A DNA stretch of 64,000 bases from an uncultured Desulfobacterales bacterium (GTDB lineage Bacteria > Desulfobacterota > Desulfobaccia > Desulfobaccales > Desulfobaccaceae). The notes beneath the pieces are model-generated. The model was not told the origin of the DNA. It saw only the letters and a list, made by a program, of their open reading frames with translations, and did not search any database. Shown here piece after piece: positions 16,667 to 26,409 of the stretch. The stretch is from NCBI GenBank assembly GCA_964428565.1, contig CAYRYV010000013.1:1-64000 (forward strand), read 5' to 3'. Within the stretch, counting starts at the first letter, position 1; each line of letters starts with the position of its first letter. The position numbers and the translations under genes are program-made.

Positions 16667-19600
16667 TCAACTTCCGGCGCTGACGCCGGCCACCGGCCAG
16701 GATTGGCCGATGGCGCCGATTTTGGCGATGAATTGCTCATCCAGGTTGTGGTTCACGACAATGGCCTTCCGGGGACAGGCGCTGGCGCAGTTGCCGCAGC
16801 CCTGGCAGGCGGCGGGGTCAATGAACACCACGCCTTCGCTTTCATCCATCTTGGGCACCCCATAGGGACAGGTGCGGGCGCAGGTAAGACAGGCGACACA
16901 TTGTAACGGATTCACCTGCGCCACGGATCCGGCCACATACATCTCCTCCTGGGATAGCACCCCCAACGCCCGGCCGGCCGCACCCTTGGCCTGGGCCAGA
17001 CTCTCTTCCAAGAACTTGGGACTGTGCGCCAAGCCGCACAGGAAGACGCCGCTGGAAGCGAAATCCAGGGGCCGCAATTTCAAGTGGGCCTCCATGAAGA
17101 AACCGTCGGCATCAAAGGGCAGCTTGAAGATCTTGGCAATTTCCCGGCTCATGGGGTGAGGCCGGATGGCTGCCGACAGGACCAGGTAATCAGCCGTGAG
17201 CGCCAGCTCCGCCTGCAGCATTTGATCGAAGACCTTTATCTGCAGCCCCCGGTCCGTGGCCTCCACCTCCGGCTTCCGCTCCGGATCAAAGCGGACAAAC
17301 TGGACTCCCAAATCCCGGGCCTTCTTGTAGTACAACTCCTTGAGGCCGTAGGTCCGGATATCCCGGTAGAGGATGAAGACCTGGGCGGCGGGATTGCTCT
17401 CCTTGATGGTTATGGCGTTCTTGATGGCCTCGCCGCAACAGGTGCGGCTGCAGTACTGGTGTTCCGGCTCCCGGGAGCCGACGCATTGAATCATCACTAC
17501 CTTGGGCACGGACCCTAATCCCTGGGGGCGGTCCGCCAGCATGGACTCCATTTCCGCTTGGGTCAGGACCCGGGAATCCTGGCCATAGAGATACTCCTCC
17601 GGCTGATATTCCACCCCGCCGGTGGCGATCACCGCCGCGCCGTAATCCACCTCCCAGCGGTCATCGCCCGCTGCCAGGGTGCTGTGGAATTTGCCGATAC
17701 TGCCGGACACATCCACGACCCTGGTATTGACCCGCCAGTCGATGCGGGGATGGTTTTCCACCCGGCGCACCAGCTCCTCGAGATAGGGTTGAATTTCATG
17801 GCCTTCCAGGGTGCGTTTCATCCGCCTGGCCAGGCTGCCGCCCAGCCGGTCGCCCATCTCCGTCAGATAAACCTGGTAACCGCTGTCGGCAATAGTCAGC
17901 GCGGCCGTCAAACCGGCCAGGCCGCCACCCACCACCAGGGCCTGCTGGCTCACCGGGAAGAGCAGATCGTCCAGAGGCCGTAAAATCGCCGCCCGGGCCA
18001 CCGACATCTGCACCAGTTCCTTGGCCTTGTCCGTGGCCAGCTCCGGCGTCGCCTGGTGGACCCAGGAGTCCTGATCCCGGATGTTGGCCATCTCAAACAG
18101 GTATTTGTTCAAACCGGCCTTCCGGAGGTTCTCCTGGAACAGGGATTCGTGGGTGCGGGGGCTGCAGGAGGCCACCACAATCCGGTTCAGGTTTTCGCGT
18201 TCAATCACCTCGCGCATGTTGTCCAGCGAATCGGTGGCGCAGGTGAAGGTATAGTGGTCGGCGTACACCACGTGGGGGAGAGTCCGGGCGTAATCGGTCA
18301 CCGCCGCCACATCCACCACCGCGGCGATGTTGATGCCGCAATGGCAGATGAAGACGCCGATCCGGGGCTCTGCGCCGCTGACCTCCTGCTCCGGGGGATA
18401 TTCCTCCTTGGACAGCAGGGTGCCCCGGGCTTCGGCGAGCAGGGCCGCGGCGGCTCCGGCCGCCCCGGAAGCCTGGCCCACGGTCTCCGGGATGTCTTTG
18501 GGAGACTGGAAGACGCCGCACGTAAAGGCCCCCGGCCGCGAGGTGGAAACCTGTTCCAGGGGCGGACTCACGACAAAGCCCCAGCGGTCCGTGTCGATGG
18601 CGCAATGGGCTGCCAGTTCCTTGGTGGCCGGATGGGGGACCAGACCCACGGAGAGCACTACCAGATCAAAAACCTCGGTTTGTATGTGGCCGGATTCATC
18701 GGCGTAACTGAGCTCCAGGTTCTGCGTACTGGGATCCTGGGCCACCCGGGAAACCATGGCCCGGATATAGCGTATCCGGTGGTCGGTCTTGGCCCGTTCG
18801 CAGTAACGGTCGAAGCCCTTCCCCTGGGCCCGTAGGTCTATATAAAAGATGGTGGATTCGATATTGTGGTCATGCTCCTGAGCGATAATAGCCTGCTTGG
18901 TGGCATACATGCAACAGACGTAGGAACAGTATTCCCGGCCGCAGGAGGCGTCCCGGGAGCCCACGCACTGGATCCAGGCCACCCTCCGGGGCGGTTTGCC
19001 GTCGCCGGGGCGCAACACATGGCCGTCATAGGGACCGGTGGCCGACAGGAAACGTTCGAACTGCAGCGAGGTCACGACGTTGGGATAGCGTCCCCACCCA
19101 TATTCGGGTTTGAGGCCGGCATCGAAGGGCCGGAAACCCGGGGCCAGGATCATCGCCCCCACCTCGAGTTGCCGGGTCCGGGGCTGCATGCTGTGGTCGA
19201 TGGCCCCGGCCTGGCAGGCAATCACACACTGCATACATTCTGAGCACCCGCCGCAATTGAGACAGCGTTCCGCTTCGGCCACGGCTTGGGCTTCGGGGTA
19301 GCCTCGGTTGATTTCCTGAAAGCCTTTGACCCATTCGGCATGAGGCAACTCCGGCATTACCGCCCGGCGCCGGGGAGTAAGTTTGTCCGGCACGGGCAGC
19401 CAATTGCCTTGTTCCGGGGGAACGGGCCGCAGGGGCAGTTCCCGCCCTTCCCGCAGATCCTGACCGTTGAGGTAGCGGTCGATGGACAGGGCGGCTTCCC
19501 GGCCGGCGGCCACCGCGGCGATGGCGATATAGGGACCGGAAACCACGTCGCCGCCGGCAAAGACGCCCTCCCGGCCGCTGGCCAGGGTCACCGGGTCCGT

Positions 19601-21211
19601 TTCGATGAGACCCCGCGGGGTAAGGTTGATGCCGTCCGCCTCGGTGAGAAAAGCGAGGTTGGTCTTCTGGCCGATGGCCATAATCACCACATCGGCATTC
19701 CGGGTGGTGGTTTTGTCTTCCCGATAGGTGGGAGCGAAACGCCCCTGTTCGTCAAAGACCCGTTCCACGGCCTTCAGTTCGAGGCCGCTGACCCGGCTTT
19801 CCCGGCCCAGAATCTGCTTGACGCCCCACCGATGGATAATCTCGACCCCTTCCTGTTCCGCCTCGGCCACTTCCCAAGGGGAAGCCGGCATCTCTTCCCG
19901 GGTTTCGAGGGCGATCAGAGTGACCTTGGCCCCTTGGCGCCGGGCCGTCCGGGCAACGTCCATAGCCACGTTGCCGCCGCCGATAACCGCCACCTGCTTG
20001 CCCTGAAAATCGAACTGCTGACCGGAAGCGGAATCCTTCAGGTACTCGACGCCCCAAAGGACTCCCTGAGCATCGGCCCCGGGCACCGGCAGACGGATGG
20101 AATCCTGGGCCCCCACGCCGATAAAGACCGCCCGGAAGCCCTTCTTGGTGAGCAGATCGTCTATGGTGTTGCCGGGGCCGCCGATGGGCGAGTTATACCG
20201 GATGTCCACTCCCAGGCGCTGGATGTAGTCAACTTCCCGTTGGAGGACTTCCCGGGGCAGGCGATACTCGGGGATGCCGTAGCGCAACCAACCGCCGGCT
20301 TCGGCGGCAGCCTCGAAAATTACCGCTTTATAGCCTTGGCGAGCCAGATGATAGGCGCAGCTTAAACCGGAAGGACCGGCCCCGATAATAGCCACGGACT
20401 CCTCCCGCGGCTGGATTTCAGGGATCGGCAACGCCTGCCAGTCCACGGCGTCGGCCACAAACCGCTTCAGGTTGCAGATGGCCACGGGCTCGTCCACTTC
20501 CTGTCGCCGGCAGTCGGACTCGCAGGGATGGGGACAAATGCGGCCGATGACGCCGGGCAGCGGCAGCCGGTCCATGATGAGGGACAGGGCCTCGGGAAAT
20601 TTCCCCGCCTTGATGAGCTGCACGTAGCCCTGCACGCTCAGATTCGCCGGACAGGCCCGCACGCAGGGAGCCCGGTCCAGTTTCTTGATGGCATAGTAGG
20701 CCGGAATCGCCTGGGGGAAGTGCCGGTAAGCGGCATGGCGCACGCCCAGGCCCTCATCAAAGGTCGAGGGCAGTTCCACCGGGCAGGCCTCCGAACAAGC
20801 CCCGCAGGCGTTGCATTTGGCCATGTCAATATAGCGGGGCTCCTGGCGAAGGGTGATGGTGAAATGGCCCGCCTCGCCCTCCACGCCGGCAATCTCAGAC
20901 TGGGTGACGATCTCAATGTCCGGGTGCCGGGCCACCTCAATAAGTTTAGGGGAGATCAAACAGGTGGAGCAGTCGTTGGTGGGGAAGGTCTTGTCCAACT
21001 GGGCCATGACCCCGCCGATGGAAATGTCTTTCTCCACCAGATAGACCTTAAAACCCGCATTTGCTGCGTCCAGGGCGGCCTGCATACCGGCGATACCGCC
21101 CCCCACCACCATAATGGCGCCGATTTTGGTCTTTGCAGTAGTCATAGATTTTTTTCGTCTGGAATTGGCGTGGGTATCCACTAGTGTAAGTTTTGCCCGG
21201 CGTTTCATCAC
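16667..21211 (-). CDS. Giant HdrA-like flavoprotein fusion (HdrL type): HdrA FAD/FeS domains, a GltD/NfnB-like NAD(P)H-binding domain, and a second HdrA-like module with C-terminal 2x[4Fe-4S]
   Basis: 1514 aa; repeated GxGxxG FAD motifs (VVGGGIAGM, IIGAGPSGL, VIGGGNVAM, VVGGGLAGL), many CxxCxxCxxxCP clusters, HdrA signature CVGSRD...CSxxCC twice; AAGGA SD; TGATGA overlap with the hdrB stop. Confidence 0.85.
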   Translation of the reverse strand: MMKRRAKLTLVDTHANSRRKKSMTTAKTKIGAIMVVGGGIAGMQAALDAANAGFKVYLVEKDISIGGVMAQLDKTFPTNDCSTCLISPKLIEVARHPDIEIVTQSEIAGVEGEAGHFTITLRQEPRYIDMAKCNACGACSEACPVELPSTFDEGLGVRHAAYRHFPQAIPAYYAIKKLDRAPCVRACPANLSVQGYVQLIKAGKFPEALSLIMDRLPLPGVIGRICPHPCESDCRRQEVDEPVAICNLKRFVADAVDWQALPIPEIQPREESVAIIGAGPSGLSCAYHLARQGYKAVIFEAAAEAGGWLRYGIPEYRLPREVLQREVDYIQRLGVDIRYNSPIGGPGNTIDDLLTKKGFRAVFIGVGAQDSIRLPVPGADAQGVLWGVEYLKDSASGQQFDFQGKQVAVIGGGNVAMDVARTARRQGAKVTLIALETREEMPASPWEVAEAEQEGVEIIHRWGVKQILGRESRVSGLELKAVERVFDEQGRFAPTYREDKTTTRNADVVIMAIGQKTNLAFLTEADGINLTPRGLIETDPVTLASGREGVFAGGDVVSGPYIAIAAVAAGREAALSIDRYLNGQDLREGRELPLRPVPPEQGNWLPVPDKLTPRRRAVMPELPHAEWVKGFQEINRGYPEAQAVAEAERCLNCGGCSECMQCVIACQAGAIDHSMQPRTRQLEVGAMILAPGFRPFDAGLKPEYGWGRYPNVVTSLQFERFLSATGPYDGHVLRPGDGKPPRRVAWIQCVGSRDASCGREYCSYVCCMYATKQAIIAQEHDHNIESTIFYIDLRAQGKGFDRYCERAKTDHRIRYIRAMVSRVAQDPSTQNLELSYADESGHIQTEVFDLVVLSVGLVPHPATKELAAHCAIDTDRWGFVVSPPLEQVSTSRPGAFTCGVFQSPKDIPETVGQASGAAGAAAALLAEARGTLLSKEEYPPEQEVSGAEPRIGVFICHCGINIAAVVDVAAVTDYARTLPHVVYADHYTFTCATDSLDNMREVIERENLNRIVVASCSPRTHESLFQENLRKAGLNKYLFEMANIRDQDSWVHQATPELATDKAKELVQMSVARAAILRPLDDLLFPVSQQALVVGGGLAGLTAALTIADSGYQVYLTEMGDRLGGSLARRMKRTLEGHEIQPYLEELVRRVENHPRIDWRVNTRVVDVSGSIGKFHSTLAAGDDRWEVDYGAAVIATGGVEYQPEEYLYGQDSRVLTQAEMESMLADRPQGLGSVPKVVMIQCVGSREPEHQYCSRTCCGEAIKNAITIKESNPAAQVFILYRDIRTYGLKELYYKKARDLGVQFVRFDPERKPEVEATDRGLQIKVFDQMLQAELALTADYLVLSAAIRPHPMSREIAKIFKLPFDADGFFMEAHLKLRPLDFASSGVFLCGLAHSPKFLEESLAQAKGAAGRALGVLSQEEMYVAGSVAQVNPLQCVACLTCARTCPYGVPKMDESEGVVFIDPAACQGCGNCASACPRKAIVVNHNLDEQFIAKIGAIGQSWPVAGVSAGS

Positions 21212-22053
21212 AACAATCCTTTATTCCGCAGTAAAGGCCGGGGGTCCACCAAATGGCGGGCCAGCCAGGCGGCGACCTCCGGGTGCCCCAGGGCCAGTCC
21301 GATCAGTTCGGTGAAATAGAACACCGGCAAGTAATAGTTCTTCCCTGCCTTCTTTGATATGCGGCCCTGGGAGAGGTCCAGATTGGCCTGGCACATCTGG
21401 CAGGCCACCACGAAACACTCGGCCCCGGCCGCCAGAGCCCGGTCATAGAGGCGCCCCACCAGAGTATCAATGAGATCCGGCCGGGCCATCGCCAGGCCGG
21501 CCCCGCAGCAGTCGGTCTTATAGGACCAGTCGAGAGGGTCGGCCTGCAGGACCTGAAGCAGGCGCTCCATATCCTTGGGGTTTTCGCAATCCACCTTATC
21601 CGTGATCTCCGGAGGCCGGGATGCCAGGCAACCGTAGTAGCCCACCGCCTTCAGACCGGTGAGGGGCCGTACCGTCTTCTGTTTCAGGATGGACAGAAAT
21701 GACTCCTGGGAGAGAAATTCCAATAGATCCCAGATCTTTGTCCCATTTTTCCGACCAACCGGAGTCTCTTGCCGGCGGTTCTGCTCCTTTTCGGCGGCCT
21801 TGAGGCGGTTGAAGCACAAGGCGCAGGGGACCACCAAATCCATACCGGTTTGCCGGGCCAACGCCAGGTTGCGAGCCGGCAGTTCCAAAGAGAGTCGATG
21901 GTTGATACTGTGAGCCGCGCTGGCGCCGCAGCAGTTCCAATCCTCCAGTTCCACCAACTGCAGGTCCACGAGGGGAGCGACAGCGGCAATGGAGGCAGCA
22001 TAATCCGCCGCAGTGCCTTCCAAAGAACAGCCGGGGTAATAAGATACCTTCAT
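21208..22053 (-). CDS. hdrB: Heterodisulfide reductase subunit B (two CCG domains)
   Basis: YYPGCS...CCGxxx and YYGC...CCGAG motifs; start at MKVSYYPGC (ATG 22053) after AAGG. Confidence 0.8.
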   Translation of the reverse strand: MKVSYYPGCSLEGTAADYAASIAAVAPLVDLQLVELEDWNCCGASAAHSINHRLSLELPARNLALARQTGMDLVVPCALCFNRLKAAEKEQNRRQETPVGRKNGTKIWDLLEFLSQESFLSILKQKTVRPLTGLKAVGYYGCLASRPPEITDKVDCENPKDMERLLQVLQADPLDWSYKTDCCGAGLAMARPDLIDTLVGRLYDRALAAGAECFVVACQMCQANLDLSQGRISKKAGKNYYLPVFYFTELIGLALGHPEVAAWLARHLVDPRPLLRNKGLL

Positions 22054-22060
22054 AAATGCC

Positions 22061-22642
22061 TTAACCCCCTGCACGTTTAAAGATTTCGTTGATTTCATCC
22101 CGCCCCTTGAGGGCTGGCGGGCCAATCGGGCGTAAGCGGCCGCGTTTGAAGAGGGCCCAACCCAACTTGGCATTTTCCCAAAGCTCCTGAAGTTGCGGTC
22201 GTCGCCGAAGTTGATACAGGGTGAAGCGGCGCATCAACGCCACCTCCGGCAAGCGGCCGCCAGCCCGACGGAGGCTGTCCAGGAAGAAGCGCTGGAAGGC
22301 CGCCACCTCCGGCTGGTCGACGGCTTTGCCCTGCCGAATCGCCTCCTCTTTGAGCCAGTCCATGACCCCGGCGATGTCAATGCCGTTGGGGCAGCGAGTG
22401 GTGCAGGTGACGCAGGAGGCGCAGACCCAGATGGTCCGGCAGCCCAGAAGCATCTCCGTCTGACCCAGGAGAGCCAGGCGTATGACCCGGTCCGGGAGCA
22501 GATCCATGGCGAAGGTCAGGGGACAACCGGCAGAACATTTCTTACATTGAAAGCAGGCGGACAATTGAATAGCGGCCTCTTGAGAGAGACGTTCCTGCAG
22601 TGAAAATGCCGGGGCCAGCGGTTGGTTGATATTGAGTTCCAT
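22061..22642 (-). CDS. hdrC: Heterodisulfide reductase subunit C (2x[4Fe-4S])
   Basis: CFQCKKCSAGCP and CASCVTCTTRCP ferredoxin motifs; SD AGGAG 9 nt before ATG 22642. Confidence 0.8.
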   Translation of the reverse strand: MELNINQPLAPAFSLQERLSQEAAIQLSACFQCKKCSAGCPLTFAMDLLPDRVIRLALLGQTEMLLGCRTIWVCASCVTCTTRCPNGIDIAGVMDWLKEEAIRQGKAVDQPEVAAFQRFFLDSLRRAGGRLPEVALMRRFTLYQLRRRPQLQELWENAKLGWALFKRGRLRPIGPPALKGRDEINEIFKRAGG

Positions 22643-22879
22643 GAAGACAGGCTCCTGATTATCGGTTGGCATCTATGCCCGGGTCAGACCCCATACATAA
22701 CACAAAACAGATTTCAGGCTGCCCGGGGCTTACAGGGCCTTAAAAATTCCTCCGGTCCACTTGGACCCGGACAAAATATATTGTTAATGCAATTTCGTTG
22801 CCATAATTTAAATAGCCGTGATATCGGCATCTTCATTATCAACAAGATGTCTGCCGGGACCGGAATTTGTCGAAATAAC

Positions 22880-22897
22880 CAACATAAGATTGTTCAG
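22880..22897. promoter_or_regulatory. Rex-like operator candidate TTGTTCAGAATTTCACAA in the hdrCB-hdrL-mvhD-metVF promoter region
   Basis: Matches the Rex consensus TTGTGAA-N4-TTCACAA at 12 of 14 defined positions; AT-rich promoter island. Confidence 0.35.
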
Positions 22898-22933
22898 AAT
22901 TTCACAACGTATTAATATTATTGAAATCTATCT

Positions 22934-22950
22934 TGTACAATAATTAAACA
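22934..22950. promoter_or_regulatory. TGTACAATAATTAAACA near-palindrome (second copy of the 12535 motif)
   Basis: 15/17 identity to the perfect palindrome at 12535-12551. Confidence 0.35.
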
Positions 22951-22982
22951 GGCCCCCGTTCCAGAAGGCGCTACGCCTCCAC

Positions 22983-23405
22983 CTAACGAACCGCAACCGC
23001 CCCGGTAGTCAAGACTGCTGCAATGGCCGCTTTGATCTCATCCTCGGTAAAAGGTTTTTGCAGATAGTCGGCAGCCCCCAATTTCAAGGCATCGACAGCG
23101 GAGGCCACGGTGGAATAACCGGTGATGACGATGACTCTGGTTTCGGGCCACTGCCGTCTCACCTCCTTGATGACCTCCATGCCATCAATATCCGGCAAAA
23201 GCAGGTCGGCCAAGATCAGATCATAAGATTTCCGGCGGAACATCTCCAGGGCCAGTTGGCCTGTTTGGGCCCAATCCACTTCATAACCGGCTTCGCCGAG
23301 GACCATTTGCAACCCTTTGGCCACATTGGTCTCATCTTCCATCAACAGAATTTTCGACAACGACGCCGTCTGGGGCCCGGCAGTTGGTGGCAAAGCACAC
23401 ATCAC
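22983..23405 (-). CDS. Single-domain response regulator (CheY-like receiver)
   Basis: KILLMEDE...DLILADLLLPDIDG...YLQKPF receiver motifs. Confidence 0.8.
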   Translation of the reverse strand: MMCALPPTAGPQTASLSKILLMEDETNVAKGLQMVLGEAGYEVDWAQTGQLALEMFRRKSYDLILADLLLPDIDGMEVIKEVRRQWPETRVIVITGYSTVASAVDALKLGAADYLQKPFTEDEIKAAIAAVLTTGAVAVR

Positions 23406-24522
23406 CTTTCCTCTGGGAAAAATGCACTCAGCTACAGGTTCAGCAATCTTCGTGCCTATCCCGGGAATTGGTCATTGTTTAATATTATTAGTTATAACTA
23501 ACAGTTAATAGAAAGAGGGGTGACGGGAAAGCGGGTAGCGTATGTTTATTTATACGGAACTGCAACGAGACATGGATTTTGACTAAATATATTATAATGT
23601 TATGTGGGTATAGAATAATATACACATACGCCGGGTTGCTGAATGCATCAGATAAAAAGGTCTCGCTTAGGTTCTCATACTGGAATTGGCGGCCCTTTGT
23701 TCCCCTCCTCGGGTTGGGGATAAACAAAAAAATTTAATCTTATCAAATTGATGGATTTTTTTTTAAAACCGCCCCCCGTTTTTCGGACATAAGTATTTCT
23801 TAAGCCGCCTGAGCGCTCGAGCCTGTGCGAGCCCTGCTGCCTTGGCCTGCCAGGGACTCAGAAAGGCGTTTGTTCCACCAGCCGCTCCCAAGTGGAGATG
23901 TTCACAAAGCCACGAATCGCTCCCCTCCTGAATGTTACAGAAAACTCGCCCGCAGATGACTCTCCCTCAGGTCCGGATGAGGGGATCGCCTTTACGGCCC
24001 TTCTCCCGGAAAAGCAGGTCCAGGGATTCGCCCGGAAGATACGCAGCACCGCCTCCCGTTTCCGGGAAGCCGTCCAACGTTGGCCCGGGGCCAATGGCCC
24101 CACCTCGTGCGTCAGGCCGCTTATGTGGTCGCCGTGGAGCGCGTCGTGGACGCGCTGAAACTCCGGGGCTGGGTTTAACCCGGGCCCAAGGAACCGATTA
24201 TGCTGGGTTCAGGGGAAAGAATCTGATAATATTTCTCTATCGTTGACAGCCTGCAATGCGGGCAATCAGCGCTGAGAGAGGAAATCCTTACTGGACAATC
24301 GCGTAGATTTCACTGCAAATCTGCTGTAGCACTCGTAAGGGGATGGTTTATCAAGATAATCTGAAAAGATTTCCCTGCCATCCCCTTATTCAGCTTTCTC
24401 ACGGGGGCGGGGGTGTCGGCAAAAGTTGTACCGGCTTAACCGATTATGGCGTAGAAATGGTACAATATGCTGTTCTTTCAGTATAATCTGGCCAACAGAC
24501 TTTTCATGAAATGAGGTGTTAC

Positions 24523-25371
24523 ATGGCAACTTATGATTTTGACAGAGTTATACACATGGCAATGCAGAAAGGCCCCATGCGGGTGATTGTCATTATCGGC
24601 ATTATTCTGTTGCTCTTTCTCTTTACACGTCCATGGGTTCAGGTCGGGGCGGGGGAAAGAGGAGTGGTCCTTAATTTCGGTGCGGTCCAGGAGTATGTTC
24701 TGGGAGAAGGGCTGCACTTCAGAATACCTGTCGTGCAGACGGTGGCCCTCATGGATGTCAAGGTGCAAAAATCCTTGACCAACGCCGCGGCCTCATCCTC
24801 CGATCTGCAGGAAGTCAGTTCGGAAGTGGCGCTCAATTATCACATAATTCCGGATAAGGCGAACATCGTCTATCAGACCATCGGCTTATACTTTAAAGAT
24901 CGCATCATTGATCCGGCAGTTCAGGAAGTGGTCAAGGCGGTGACGGCCAGGTACACCGCCGAAGAGTTGATTACCAAGCGGCCGGCGGTAAGCGAAGCCA
25001 TGCGGACTACCCTGAGTGAAAGACTCCTGGAGCATAATATCGCAGTTGATGCCTTCTCCATCGTCGGGTTCAGCTTCTCCAAGATCTTTATGGAAGCCAT
25101 CGAGGCCAAACAGACGGCCGAACAGCTTGCCCTCAAGGCGCGCCGGGACTTGGAGCGGATTAAGATCGAGGCTGAACAAAAGATTACCGCGGCCACGGCA
25201 GAAGCGGAGTCCTTGCGGCTTCAGCGGGCCAATATCTCTCCCGATCTGATCGAGTTGCGCAGAGTTGAGGCCAATCTCAGGGCCATAGAGAAGTGGAACG
25301 GCATTCTACCGCAAGTTACCGGTGGCGGCGCAGTGCCGTTTATCGGCATCGGGGAAACGCCGAGGCGATAA
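24523..25371 (+). CDS. SPFH/band-7 (prohibitin-like) membrane protein
   Basis: N-terminal TM helix, SPFH core, C-terminal coiled-coil (EAIEAKQTAEQLALKARRDLERIKIEAEQ); SD GAGGTG; lower GC. Confidence 0.8.
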   Translation: MATYDFDRVIHMAMQKGPMRVIVIIGIILLLFLFTRPWVQVGAGERGVVLNFGAVQEYVLGEGLHFRIPVVQTVALMDVKVQKSLTNAAASSSDLQEVSSEVALNYHIIPDKANIVYQTIGLYFKDRIIDPAVQEVVKAVTARYTAEELITKRPAVSEAMRTTLSERLLEHNIAVDAFSIVGFSFSKIFMEAIEAKQTAEQLALKARRDLERIKIEAEQKITAATAEAESLRLQRANISPDLIELRRVEANLRAIEKWNGILPQVTGGGAVPFIGIGETPRR

Positions 25372-25397
25372 TCGAAAAAACTGAAACGGGTGAGCAA

Positions 25398-25690
25398 TGC
25401 TGCAAGCCCAGATGATAGGCAGCGGCATACCGGCGTTGGACGAAATCCTGGATGGGCTGCGGTGGGGGGATAATGTCGTCTGGCAGGTGGATGGACTTGA
25501 TACTTACCTGAGAGTGGCCCTTTGTCCGGCAGGCCCTGCAAGACCGCCGTACAGCCATCTACATGCGTTTTAGCCTGGATGCCAATATCCTCGAACCGCT
25601 TTCCGGGTATATCACCGAAGAAGTTGGCCCCCGACCCGGTTTTGAGTCGTGCGGCTTTTTGAATGGTATGCCACCGGAAAATACTCACTG
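25398..25690 (+). pseudogene. Decayed, frameshifted fragments of an ATPase-like gene (remnant of a RecA/KaiC-superfamily GIPALDEIL..GL motif) next to the tRNA pair
   Basis: Short ORF MLQAQMIGSGIPALDEILDGLRWGDNVVW... continues in another frame and lacks a P-loop; no intact gene. Confidence 0.3.
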
Positions 25691-25853
25691 AAACAGCGGA
25701 AGCTTCTGGATTTCATACGTTCGAACTGCACGTTATAAGGATGGCGAGCTGCAGCCGGAGTTCAGGCAACCATTTGATATGATTTTCAAATATAGCCAGG
25801 AAGCCGAAAAAGAAAAAGCAGAAAATCCTGATGGTCTTCCGCCTTTGGAGGTA

Positions 25854-25931
25854 TGGCGTCCCCAACCGGATTTGAACCGGTGTTGCCGGCGTGAAAGGCC
25901 GGTGTCCTGGACCAGGCTAGACGATGGGGAC
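25854..25931 (-). tRNA. tRNA-Glu (anticodon UUC)
   Basis: Cloverleaf read by hand: acceptor GUCCCCA/UGGGGAC, anticodon loop CUUUCAC, T-loop UUCAAAU, CCA encoded; close match to E. coli tRNA-Glu. Confidence 0.85.
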
Positions 25932-25936
25932 GCTTG

Positions 25937-26012
25937 TGGTGGGCCGTGTTGGACTCGAACCAACGACTCTCTGCTTAAAAGGCAGATACTCTACCGACTG
26001 AGTTAACGGCCC
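25937..26012 (-). tRNA. tRNA-Lys (anticodon UUU)
   Basis: GGGCCGU...ACGGCCC acceptor, anticodon loop CUUUUAA, T-loop UUCGAGU, CCA encoded; 5 nt from tRNA-Glu. Confidence 0.85.
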
Positions 26013-26409
26013 AAACATAATATTCATAAACTGCGCTCCGCTGTTTGTCAAGGCAATCTGCGGAGTTCTTATGCGTTAACCCAGCGGTTCGGGCCGAGTT
26101 GATTGGGGGAGAATATACCCGATCGTCTCCGTGAAGGCAAGCAGTAAAGTGCAGGTTTGTCAACAGCACGTCCAGATGTCCGGTTTTCATGGCACAGGTA
26201 CTGTCCGGTTGACTTTTGGGAAGAGTTCTCATGTCATCGCGAGGTCACACTGGATGACCGGGCCACGCCGGGGAGCGACCCGGGAGCCGGAGTGAGCCCG
26301 GGGATGGAAGAGCAGCACGTTTCCCATTGCCAAGTTTTCCCCTCTGCGCGACCCCCCGGGCGATGGAATCCGGGGTTCTGAGGGCTGGCCCTCAGGGTGG
26401 CGCACCCGG

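Noticed and set aside
17024-20365. Numerous 100-360-aa plus-strand ORFs antisense to the 1514-aa hdrL gene
   Set aside because: All lie antisense to a gene with strong, repeated domain signatures; compositional artefacts.
23858-24246. Three mutually overlapping ORFs (23858-24103 -, 23892-24158 +, 23932-24246 +) in the 1.1-kb gap
   Set aside because: No SD, mutual overlap, no recognisable domain. Also checked this gap by eye for RNase P, tmRNA and SRP RNA motifs and found none; left as a non-coding region or unknown RNA candidate.
26013-26300. Possible third tRNA or integrase attachment site beyond tRNA-Lys
   Set aside because: No additional cloverleaf could be folded. No integrase or recombinase gene is present anywhere in the window.
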